64,000 nt of DNA from Auanema rhodensis. Its lineage: Eukaryota; Animalia; Nematoda. Below the pieces are notes generated by a model. That model was not told where the DNA came from. It was given only the letters and a program-made list of their open reading frames with translations, and made no database searches. Below are positions 30,001-41,844 of this stretch, one piece after another; the stretch's first letter is position 1; each line of letters begins with the position of its first letter. The position numbers were made by a program, and so were the translations under genes. Location: positions 7,068,001-7,132,000 of the forward strand of contig OZ059895.1 in NCBI GenBank assembly GCA_964057225.1, given 5' to 3'.

Positions 30001-31565
30001 TGAATGTTCTTCTGAACAGGAATACGGTGCACGTGCGATTTGCCTTGGGGTATTCATCTTCATCTTTGGTTTAATTACCCAAGTTTGAGGTACTTTGATG
30101 ATTCAACAAGGGTTACACCTGATGTTGAACTAAATTTTGGAAAGCTCAGTATATGTGAGCAACATTGATATTTCATCTTTCTGAAGATTCTGAAGCTTGT
30201 CTATCTCTTGACCGAAAATGTTCATTGTTCAGACAATCTCAGTCTAGAATTTTGAATGTTCTTCTGAACAGGAATACGGTGCACGTGCGATTTGCCTTGG
30301 GGTATTCATCTTCATCTTTGGTTTAATTACCCAAGTTTGAGGTACTTTGATGATTCAACAAGGGTTACACCTGATGTTGAACTAAATTTTGGAAAGCTCA
30401 CTATATGTGAGCAACATTGATATTTCATCTCTCTGAACATTCTGAAGCTTGTCTATCTCTTGACCGAAAATGTTCATTGTTCAGACAATCTCAGTCTAGA
30501 ATTTTGAATGTTCTTCTGAACAGGAATACGGTGCACGTGCGATTTGCCTTGGGGTATTCATCTTCATCTTTGGTTTAATTACCCAAGTTTGAGGTACTTT
30601 GATGATTCAACAAGGGTTACACCTGATGTTGAACTAAATTTTGGAAAGCTCAGTATATGTGAGCAACATTGATATTTCATCTTTCTGAAGATTCTGAAGC
30701 TTGTCTATCTCTTGACCGAAAATGTTCATTGTTCAGACAATCTCAGTCTAGAATTTTGAATGTTCTTCTGAACAGGAATACGGTGCACGTGCGATTTGCC
30801 TTGGGGTATTCATCTTCATCTTTGGTTTAATTACCCAAGTTTGAGGTACTTTGATGATTCAACAAGGGTTACACCTGATGTTGAACTAAATTTTGGAAAG
30901 CTCAGTATATGTGAGCAACATTGATATTTCATCTTTCTGAAGATTCTGAAGCTTGTCTATCTCTTGACCGAAAATGTTCATTGTTCAGACAATCTCAGTC
31001 TAGAATTTTGAATGTTCTTCTGAACAGGAATACGGTGCACGTGCGATTTGCCTTGGGGTATTCATCTTCATCTTTGGTTTAATTACCCAAATTTTGGAAA
31101 GCTCAGTATATGTGAGCAACATTGATATTTCATCTTTCTGAAGATTCTGAAGCTTGTCTATCTCTTGACCGAAAATGTTCATTGTTCAGACAATCTCAGT
31201 CTAGAATTTTGAATGTTCTTCTGAACAGGAATACGGTGCACGTGCGATTTGCCTTGGGGTATTCATCTTCATCTTTGGTTTAATTACCCAAGTTTGAGGT
31301 ACTTTGATGATTCAACAAGGGTTACACCTGATGTTGAACTAAATTTTGGAAAGCTCAGTATATGTGAGCAACATTGATATTTCATCTTTCTGAAGATTCT
31401 GAAGCTTGTCTATCTCTTGATCGGAAATGTTTATTGTTCAGACAATCTCAGTCTAGAATTTTGAATGTCCTTCTGAACAGGAATACGGTGCACGTGCGAT
31501 TTGCCTTGGGGTATTCATCTTCATCTTTGGTTTAATTACCTAAGCTTGAGCCACTTTGATGATTG
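1..31565. repeat. Tandem satellite array, 252-bp monomer, ~125 copies, continues beyond the left edge of the window
   Basis: ATC(T/A)CAGTCTAGA recurs at 1, 253, 505 and so on. Monomers differ by only a few substitutions. The consensus has stops in all six frames. The last copy degrades at ~31540-31565 into AT-rich unique DNA. Confidence 0.99.
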
Positions 31566-31997
31566 AAGTGCTATTAACTGTGTAATCGAGATATATAAAT
31601 ATTATATAGAAATATGTATTATATTTATTAATAATAAATGATTATAAATAGTTATTTGAGGAACATGTCCAATTATTTCAGTAAATCAACATAGAGGACA
31701 TGCTATAAACTAATCCGACGAGCTAAGGAAACCGTAGGTTATTCCAACATATAAAAAATATTGTTCTAGTTTGAAATAATAATTAATTTAATTTATAGTT
31801 GAACTGAAATAATAATTGTTGATAAAAATAAATTCTATGTTGATATTAAGAATTTCCTTTTGATCATAATTTCATATTTTATTATTCAGTAATTATTAAA
31901 GCTTTTCTCCTTATTATGTTTTTACGAAATATTTTTTTCTTTTTTCCTACTTCAACATAAGTTTTCATATACAGAATATGGTTATTGAGATACATAT

Positions 31998-32018
31998 TAT
32001 ATATATATATATATATAT
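31998..32018. repeat. (TA)n microsatellite
   Basis: Direct reading. Confidence 0.85.
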
Positions 32019-33089
32019 GTTCTATCTTCTAGTAAATGTTTCCAAAAGATTTACATGATCAAATTACCTTCAGAGCGTTATATAATAACCTAGACCATTT
32101 TATAGTGCTATGTATTCTGGTTTTCGAGTTTCAAATTTGTTCTCAACATCTGTTTTCTATTCTTAAGCAATATGAAGCTTAAATAGAAATAACATATTTT
32201 CATTCAAAATATATAATGTATTATTGTTTTTTTCTTTTAATAACAGAAAGTATCAGTTAAAATGGGTTTTATATTGAAGAAGTTATATTTCCTTCTATTA
32301 TTGTCATTGCATTTCTATTCTATAACATACTTTTTCATTCAATAGAGATTATTTGACTGACTGACGATCCGCTGCTTCTCAATCTCAAACTATCCTTCTT
32401 CACTTCTTTGCTCATCTTTCCGTTAATTCGCTATTGTATACGTGAAACAACATCTTCTTTTTGCTGTCGCTATGATGAGAAGTCACTGATGTTATAGTGG
32501 ATAGTTTCACAAACAAAACGAAAGAGGTGAGTGAGAGACATGAAAGCATTATGCGAAATGACTAAGAGCACCAGCTTGATGCAGACATGTAGTTAGAAAG
32601 AGAAAATAGATAGGGGAGGGTGTATGAAGGACAAGAAAAATTTTCTCTCCTTTACCTCTCATCATTTTCATTAGATATACACAGTCTGTGCGACAGACTA
32701 ACTGACACCAGCCAATAGCATGTAGTTCCTTTGGCCCGCCCATTTCCATGGCTCCGCCCACATTTAGCATTTTGCTTAAGACCTTTACCTTTAGATGAGA
32801 TGATGATGATGGCTTATGTTTAGTACTACCTCAATTCTCATCTAATAATTGTCGGAAAATTATATGACAATCCGATGCTCGGGTTCTTGTTTTTCTGTCT
32901 TCTAGGCAATAACCACCAGTCATCTGAGCATAACTTAAGTTTTATGTTATCTATCCATTTCATCTATTTCGATTTTTAGTTATAATAATAATTGCTATTG
33001 AAAGAATATTTGTATTTCATTTACTCAATTTTTCCAGCATTCAATTACGTAAGCTTAAGCTGTAAGCTTAATAGGCTTTCTACGGCTAG

Positions 33090-35399
33090 ATGGTTCTCAA
33101 CTTTTCCATATCTCAACTGGTTGAAAATGCTAAATCCAGCACAACCGGCACGGGTGTCAGCAATTCAATAGCATCAGCAAGCTCTTCCACTTCTACATCA
33201 TCACCATCTTCCACAACTTCAGCAGCTGATCTACTTTCAGCAGCAGCAAATCAACCTTTAACCCAAACGTTATCATATTTTGATGTATTACTCCCACATG
33301 TACAGGTAAAATTTTAAAATATTTCCTTTTTCTTATTATATATAACATAGTTGATCTATAAAATTGTGAAAAGTAATTTCAGATGGCTTCATCCAATCCT
33401 TTCCTATCATCTGGCATAGAAAATGGTGCTAGCAATCATAGCCGACTATGGAGTCAACAATGGTTGGAACTATTACAACAAGCTAATGGAGCAGCTCAGT
33501 TCGGTAAGTAAAACGTATTGAAATCACCTACAGTATATTCTATACATTTGGCTTAGTATATGTTTATACATATTCTCAAATGCCCAATGTTGCTTTTCTT
33601 ATATTAATTTGCTAAGAAAATTACAAAACAAAACAATTTTCTTTCCTTAAAGAATGTCAATGATTCAAAAAACATTTTTGGGAGTTTTTCTATCTATTAT
33701 TCAACCGTACCACGACTTATTTCTAAGCTCTTCACCTAACAATCGCCCGCAATTTCATCTTCGTCTCTGCTTTGTTCGCGTTCAGCGTTTCTCGCTTCTA
33801 TTCCTTCCATGCAGTATCTATCCTTCAATCATTAGCCAGTTGGGTATACGGTAGTCGGCGCTTCGAAAATGCTTAAAGACATATTTTGGCTTCAATATAT
33901 TGAAAAGAATATTATTTGAATTAGATATAGAGATATGAATCAGGAATATATATATTATTACTAATATTATTTTACTGACTATTATTATTATAGGTGATGT
34001 TGCTGCTGGATTATTTTTACAGCCTTTTCGAAAAAATAAAAGAATTCGTACAGCTTTCTCACCAGCTCAACTTGTTCAACTTGAAAAAGCATTTGATGGG
34101 AATCATTATGTTGTCGGCACGGAAAGAAAACAGTTAGCAGCCAGATTAGCCCTTACTGAAACTCAGGTATATTTTTAACATTACATAATATTTAAATATG
34201 AAAACTTTCCAAACTAAATGTTCTCCTGATCGTCAATACTTTTATCATAATAGAACATGTTATATACACATAATACACTCTTGTACCTCGTCATTTATGT
34301 TCGAAAACCTACTTAACAAGCTTACTCTGTATGGTCTCTGATCCAAATCAAATATCCTTTGTTGGCTTGACACAGCTATATATGTAGCCAGATTTTTGCA
34401 GATATTTGCTTTTCGTTTACCAAATTTGGCATTAAAACATCTGTTTTTAATGTAATTAATACAGTATATTGAACAACTCAGTTAAAGTTAGAAATTTCTA
34501 TAACTATTACTATATGTTATATTCAATTGAGCTCTAATGCATACATTCGTATGTATGAATGAATGAAATGGCATTGAGATTCAGTTGATCAAGTGGAATG
34601 AAGATGACAGGCTGAAGACCGGATAACTCAGGTCTCATATACTCATCTGATGGCAACAATAGCTTTTCGTCAGATACCACAACGTCTTCATATTCATTTC
34701 CTAATGGAAGAGAGATATTGCGAGAGTATAAGAGAGTTTAGAGACTATGAAATGATGATCCATTTATTGACACAGAGTTTGTAGTTGTGGTGTGAAGACA
34801 CGGCATTCAGGTCTCAGAAAGCCGGAACAGAAATATAAGAAATTGAATGAAAGCGAAGAAAAATAGAACAAGAGAAACATTTAAATAGATTAAATACTGA
34901 TGACTTGCTGATTGAAGCAATTCTCTTTTTTATTCATCTTTCACTATAACAAACAATAGGTTTTATCCAGAAAAGTCAATATAAATTTATTAAACTTATT
35001 ATTAACTATAATCTAAAAGAAGAAATATTTATGAATAAATAGGATTTTCTTTCGAAATCAATATGATTTCAGGTCAAAGTATGGTTCCAAAATCGTAGAA
35101 CAAAGCACAAACGTGTACGCATCGAGGGATCGGACAAGCGAGCAAGCGATTCTCCTACATCATCCCGACAACGAAGCCCGTCTCCTACATCATCCATCAG
35201 TTCACTTACTCCATCTCCTACTCCAACTCTACCTGCAACTGCTTCCAGTACTGATTTCGGATCATCTGCTTCAAACATTGAATCAGATAGTCTAGTACTT
35301 GCGAACGCAACGACACCCCCAAAAGCTGCATCGCTAAAAGCCGAAAATCATCTGGAAATTACTCCGTCAGCTATCAGCTTGTCATCAATTTTATCATAA
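33090..35399 (+). CDS. ceh-2: Emx/empty spiracles-class homeobox protein; exons 33090-33305, 33383-33503, 33994-34166, 35073-35399
   Basis: Spliced translation gives an N-terminal eh1-like FSISQLV and the homeodomain [59 protein letters not shown], typical of the Emx family. All introns are GT-AG with matching phases. Confidence 0.93.
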
Positions 35400-35610
35400 T
35401 CATTTTTTCTATTTTCTTAATTTTGAATAATATTTATTCAGAATTAGGTTTAAGATTTACTTACCAACTTAAGTTGGAATCATTTGATTTACTTATCTGC
35501 CAAGCAAGAAAACTGTTTTTATAAAGTTTAGTAAATTGAGGGTTTAGAACTTTTATACAATAATCAAACTATATTTTGTTTTTCATATTGATTAGATATG
35601 ACATTTTTCA

Positions 35611-35641
<31 letters not shown>
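35611..35641. repeat. Compound (CT)n(AT)n microsatellite downstream of ceh-2
   Basis: Direct reading. Confidence 0.85.
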
Positions 35642-38600
35642 CTATGTTATAATGTTTTTTTTTCTATTCTTCCCCAGAATTTTCTTTAACTATTCAATTT
35701 TTCGTGTTCATTGTTTCATTTTTTTTTCTCAAAAAAAAGAATTGTTGCAATGTGTGCCATAGATCCTAGTATTCGTTCAGTCATTACTACCAGTATTTCC
35801 TTCTTCTTTCTTTTTTTTAATTCATTTCGTTTATACTGTATTCTATTTTTATTAGTTTAATTTATATGTTTTTCTTCATCTTTGTCTTTAATATATAATA
35901 AGAGATTTCTATGCTAAAAAGTATTAATTTATCTTTGGTCTTTCCATTTGAACTATAATGAATTAAGAGAGCATTAGAAAAAACTTCTTTTTTTTTTATT
36001 TCGTTGTCAACATGACCTGAGAGATGACTGGCGGTAACTGTCTTGACTGGTTAACAATCATAATTCATACATTACATTTCCTATAAATGACATTTGTCAA
36101 CATAGCACTTAGTTTTCAATTCTTTCGAAACCAAGATGGTTGATTATCAACTATAATTTATATAAAAATTATAATTCTTTGAACAAAGTTTTCGACCTAT
36201 ATATGAGGCACTAATTTATTCTTTCTTCAATTTCTACTAATTATATTTCAATTCTAAATTACATATACACTTCTTTTTCTTTTCTTTTCCCTTTTTTCTG
36301 TATAATTCACAAAGTTTCAATTACTCGCCAGTATAGCATATATGATGAGACTTTTTATCTACCGTATCCAATTATGATTAGTTTTCTCGCTAAGTCACTT
36401 GCACAGACATACACGTACATATATTCATATCTACATTCATATATGCAGATACATAGCAAACTAATCAAAAAGACGTCAAGGACGTAGACAGGTTGAAACA
36501 TGGATAATGGTCTGTTCAATACGAACGTGAATAAAAAACTTTATACGGCTTAGGACAACGCTAATTGTAATCTTTATAACTTGATGACGATAACACGAAA
36601 AAGAGTCAGAAGAATACTAAGAACTTAACATATAGAATGTTTGAAATGAATTCATTCTTAAATCTTAAAATGGATATAGCGGACTTAAAACAAGGTATTT
36701 CAACTGGTTGAAGAAGAGAGGGAAAATACAAACTATCTGGGAAGGTAGTATGATACCACAGATACACAATTGCCAACAGCTTGATGACGAGCCATTTTAT
36801 TCATTTAAGATTGAAAATTGTCATCTTAAAAATCTATAACTAACTTCAAACATCAAACGAGTACATTTTTTTTGTGAAGAAAAGGTTTCAACCTTCAAGG
36901 TAAGTAATCCACAATGTCGCCATTCAAGATACATGTCAACCAGGTGTATGAAGGATAACAAATGGTTCACACATATAAAACCCTATTTTGGAAATTATAA
37001 TTATAACGTATAAGTGAAAGAGGGTCTCAACACAATCTCGAACGACGACAACGACATCATTAACAGACATGAAACGATCACGAGCTGGAAACGAAAAAAA
37101 GACAAAAAGGAACGACAGCTGAGAAAAGCCGTGTCGTTCATTGAAATCGTTACATTTGATTGCTACCACAATGTTGAGTTGTAACGGATTAATGGTCCTG
37201 AAAATGTGCTAATGATAGTCGAATAGCAATTGGCAACAAACTACTGACGAGAGCTCTCAAATGAAATGAAATCGACAAATTCTTATTGAAGATAGTATCG
37301 GTCAAACAGTTTAATTTATTTAAAATCAGATTTGGTGTCTTCTTTTCCAACAACTCATATTTCTCCCATAATAATTCTGACAATGACCTTAGGATGTGGA
37401 TTTTATAAGCAAACTTTATACAACAACTGATTACAAACCATACTACACTCAGTAGAACTATTAGAAAATAGTTACGGTAGTATTCAAATCCTTTATGTAT
37501 TCAATGGATACAAAACATTAATCAACAACCTACGACGTACCTCACTCTACAATAAGCCTATAGTTGCTTTGTATAAACTCTTCTCTAACCATTTTTTCCC
37601 CTCTAATATGGTAAAGAAGATAACAAACTCTCATCGTCTTCACACCTCAGTCCGCTCGATACTGTTAGATGACCGTGTAGATTTACAACGCTACATAGCT
37701 GTGAAGATGTGCCGGCGTTTAGCCGTCGAGCAAACACACAGCTTGTCATCGTTACCTGTTAAGAGGCATTGGACGATGAGTGTAAAGGTCTATTAAAGGG
37801 ACGTTCAATCTAATGCCGACATCATAAAAGAAAATTTGAGCTACTTCTACTAGTCCTTAACAGACAGATATCTGCACCCACCTCCTTCCTATGGTAATTA
37901 TTCCCATTTCTAACTAAAGTAATTCGAGACACTGGTGAAAAGGATGGAAAAACGGAGAGATGGTGTTAGAAGGAAAACTCAGTATTAGTTCAAGAGCATA
38001 ACCGGTAGAAAAACTTCATTTGATCTAAGCCGACCGACCCAATATTATGGTATAGAAGTATGAGATGTAAGTGAATAGCTCTTGTCTTTCCACAGCATTG
38101 GCGCTCATAGTCAGACTCTTGTAAGGTAAGCTTTTTGGAAATACGAAAAGCTTATGTTGTAGATAGACAATGACACTCGAACCATTGCTAACTACATACA
38201 ACAAGAGGATTAGCAGAGTCAGATGAGAAACCAAACAAGATTGATCAACTATTGAAAGTTGATTGGGAAGGTAAGAGTGAATAGAACAGTAAGGTTGAAG
38301 AGAAGACGATGCTACTGGATATATATGAGAAACTGTTTATGTAACCAACATCTCTTCAAATAACTCAAAATATGTATAAAACGTTCATATAGACAATAGT
38401 CAGCTAGCTTCTTTCTGCTGTGAAAACCAACATAACTTACATAATAGCATAGCAATCTATTGCTATTGTTTATATTTGAATCAGTTAGTCAATATGGGAT
38501 GACAGTCCAATATTCTGTTCTAAGAATAGTGTCAAACATAATTCAGATTGTCATCAGATGAGATTAATCTTATTACAAATATTCTTAATTCCACTTGTTA

Positions 38601-39942
38601 TACGATGTAAACACTATATTCATGATAAATCATTGTTGTTATAAAAGACAGATTGCTTCCTACTGTGTGAAGAACTCCAACTTGAGCTTTACGGTCATTC
38701 ATTCAGGTCATTATTATATTCAAACAGATTAGTATATAATCTATAGATATTTTTAAGTTTAAACATATATACTTCATGAGAGACATTGGAAATAAAATAT
38801 ATTTTCTATCATCCATTTCAAAAAGCTTTAGGTGTATGAGAAGTAGATTCAACAAACTGCCAGATAGTATATTTCAATTGGAAACAGATGCTTGTCTAAT
38901 GATGGAATGGCGGATTTTAGTAACGTGAGAAGGTAAATGAATATCAATTTGCAATTAAACGACGTCTATCCGTTTTTCGTGTAGGTTTCCATCCCGTTTC
39001 TCAGTATCATCATTCAGATTGTCAAATATGGACAGGTAACAGGTAAATACCAGAAAGGGAGCCAGGCATCTGTTCCCAAACTAATAGATAGATGAGCATG
39101 TTATATCCTGATATCAAATATTCAAATAATCAATGAAATAAATATTTTAATTATCTTGAGAAAAGAAAAAGAAAAAAAGAATTATAGACTTCAAGCAAAT
39201 ACAGTTAATATCATATGCGATTTCCAATAGATTTTTCATTCAGAAATTGCATATTATTAGATTAGAATATATAAAATTATAATGAGTATTGAAAGCTTAA
39301 TTCATAGATACAGCCGTGCTGTACATTATTCCAACATCTTTCTTTCGATTCTTGAAAAAAACTGAAAAAGAATAATTGACAATACCAATTTCAGTTATTT
39401 TTTTTTGTTCTTGTTCTGAAAATAAAATCACCTAATTTTCAATTTTTTCGTATTTCAGAAAGCAATTATTTGTAATTTTCACCTTCAGCAACCTCAGCTG
39501 CCATGTTTGTAATAAGTACTTTTGCTTCATTTCAGGTTTGAATCATCATCATCTGTTTTTGTATCTATGTTTCTCTAGATCTCTTTTTATATCCATCTAC
39601 AATCTTCTTCACATCATGTCAACAGGTGTTTTGCCACCATTCCATATTTGTTTAACAGAAAAGACAACGACTGGCAGAGGTAGATTAATGGAGCGGATAA
39701 TGGGCGTAACACAATACTAAGCTCCCATACTCCCATCGAGTTCCTATGTATCAACATACAAATAGCTGACAAATGTATATTAAGCCAGATATACACACAA
39801 ATATTTTATAACAATAAGTTGTCTAGTTAATTGGTATTAGTAATGTAAACATCTATCATATGAAAAAGTTTCCAATGAAACAAAATAATAAAAAATGTCT
39901 AAGTAGTGCTCCTATTTTTATTCTAAAAGAATAAAAGAAAGT

Positions 39943-40013
39943 TGCATCGGCCGGGAATCGAACCCGGGTCGCCCGCGTGGCAGGCGAGCATTCTACCACT
40001 GAACCACCGATGC
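39943..40013 (-). tRNA. tRNA-Gly (anticodon GCC)
   Basis: Minus strand reads GCATCGGTGGTTCAGTGGTAGAATGCTCGCCTGCCACGCGGGCGACCCGGGTTCGATTCCCGGCCGATGCA (71 nt). Cloverleaf, A and B boxes intact, T-rich terminator downstream. Confidence 0.98.
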
Positions 40014-40478
40014 TACGTAATAAGTGACAACGAAGTGGTACCCACAAATAATAATTGCATGTATCGAATTCAGAAATTGTTTTTCCAAACTAGATGGAGC
40101 TATGCGAAACTATAAAACTCCTTAAACTATATTAATCTTTTGGAGTACTTTTTGATAGCCCGAAGAAGTTAGACCTGCTTTTGATAATTAATGTCGTTAG
40201 GGGAAGTGAAGATAGTTCTTAATTCATATATTCGAAAAAACCTTTCTTATTAAGAATATTAATATGAATATAAAATATAAACCAATGAAATGTGAATAAT
40301 TGAAGTAATAAACAGAATATATTCAGTTTTTTACATTTTTTTAGAAAGTATCACCTAAATTATCATTATTGTGGTAACTGTATTTATTCTTAATCTCAAC
40401 AAACTAACCAATGATTTAAATTAATTATCAGAAAAGAACAAGATTGCGTCTTTAAGGTCATAACCCATACAAATATGC

Positions 40479-40488
40479 TCCCTTGGGA
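40479..40488. promoter_or_regulatory. COE (EBF/UNC-3) consensus site TCCCTTGGGA
   Basis: Exact TCCCNNGGGA match, 1.36 kb upstream of the zinc-finger gene. Function is inferred. Confidence 0.5.
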
Positions 40489-41453
40489 TTACTTCCCATG
40501 TATTCAAATAATGCATGTTGTTATCCGAATGAGGAAGAGGTTCACGATCTCTCCTGAAGATGATACAACCGAGACACGTCAAATCGTCAAGACTTTATGT
40601 TCGACGGCACGGTGGCTCGTAAATATCCTACTCAAAGCAGAAGTTTTTCAATACAAAACATCAGATGTCTACTGTGGTCTTGACGTCGTTCAACCTTCTA
40701 TATTCCCTTGAGATGAGAAGATTTGCTTAAATAGGCTATTGCCCACCGTACCCAAGGGGAAGACGATGAGAAAAACCACCTCTTTCGTATTTATAATTCA
40801 TGATATTCTCATTATGACCTACAACTCTACTAATAGTTAGTACTTCTAATGAAAAATCATCGTTTCTTATATGTTATAGAATATAGAGATACCTATATGT
40901 TTTATTTTTGCATGAGTTACTAAGAATATTTTCTTCATCTTATGTCAACTTATGATGTAAAGACTTAGCAAGCAATTTTCATATTATACATTGGTTTATT
41001 GAAATTATTATTCCTTGTTGATAGCTTCATCAAATGTCATCCGAATTTGATGTTATTGAAACTTTTAAAGCACAAGCTACAATCAAATTCATGAGAAAAG
41101 TCAGTCTTCATTTTCAGTTAACCATCAAGGATTATCTTTGTTCTCTATTGAAGTCATTCCTCTCTTTAGCTAGTTTAAAGCCAAATGTGCACAAATTAAT
41201 TAATTTGAAGTAAGAAAAATGAAATAAGAAAAGAGGAGAAAAGATGAACAGACACTAAGAAGATCTTTCGAGTGACATCTTTTTTGCCAACTAAGTAGAA
41301 TATTTGGAAAAAATAAAAACTAAAATGTTTATGTCATTATCTTGTTCATTTTTTCTCTTTGGGGTAACAGTTACAAAGAGAGAGAGAGAAGTAAACGAAA
41401 CAGAAAAGTTTGAGGGAGGAAAGAAAGAATGCTCGTCTCCTTTCTATGGAAAA

Positions 41454-41463
41454 TCCCGAGGGA
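41454..41463. promoter_or_regulatory. COE (EBF/UNC-3) consensus site TCCCGAGGGA
   Basis: Exact TCCCNNGGGA match in the GC-rich proximal promoter island (~41440-41690). Confidence 0.55.
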
Positions 41464-41603
41464 GTGGCGACATTGGACCAATCAACTCAGCTCCCCTGAG
41501 GGCCTAAACCGGAGGCCAGGCGCCGCACACACAGCCGGATGGGACGGCCTCCGGCTCATTGCAGTCATCACCATTTGGACTGCCCAGTCAACAGGAATGC
41601 AGA

Positions 41604-41619
41604 CAGACTTGTGGGCGCC
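41604..41619 (-). promoter_or_regulatory. Smad/Schnurri-type BMP response element GGCGCC-N5-GTCTG
   Basis: Minus strand reads GGCGCC CACAA GTCTG, an exact match to GRCGNC(N5)GTCTG. Further GGCGCC at 41519-41524 and 41624-41629. Confidence 0.55.
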
Positions 41620-41844
41620 ATTGGGCGCCAAAGCCTATCACATCAAATTCCCTCTTAACTCCCCAAAGGCGTACAAGTATCGGCATTGATAAGCATTCAC
41701 GTTGTCAACAACATTAACTTTTATTCTGATCTATATATCGTATTGGTTGTAATTTTGAATATTCATTATCAAACATTCCTATTTTGCTCATGTTTTCTTG
41801 AATCGTTTGTTCTTACGAAATCAATCATATTCAGATTCTATAAC

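Noticed and set aside
31000-31182. 60-aa minus-strand ORF at the array edge
   Set aside because: Created by the 51-bp deletion in one monomer.
1-31565. CRISPR array, or 5S/SL/snRNA tandem cluster
   Set aside because: No unique spacers, and no recognisable SL, Sm-site or 5S sequence in the unit.
31565-32500. Telomere repeats or an elimination-site palindrome at the satellite junction
   Set aside because: No (TTAGGC)n and no convincing palindromic motif seen.
35400-41400. Short ORFs in the ceh-2 to zinc-finger intergenic region
   Set aside because: No recognisable domains or consistent splice structure, many non-ATG starts; 39856-40047 merely overlaps the tRNA.
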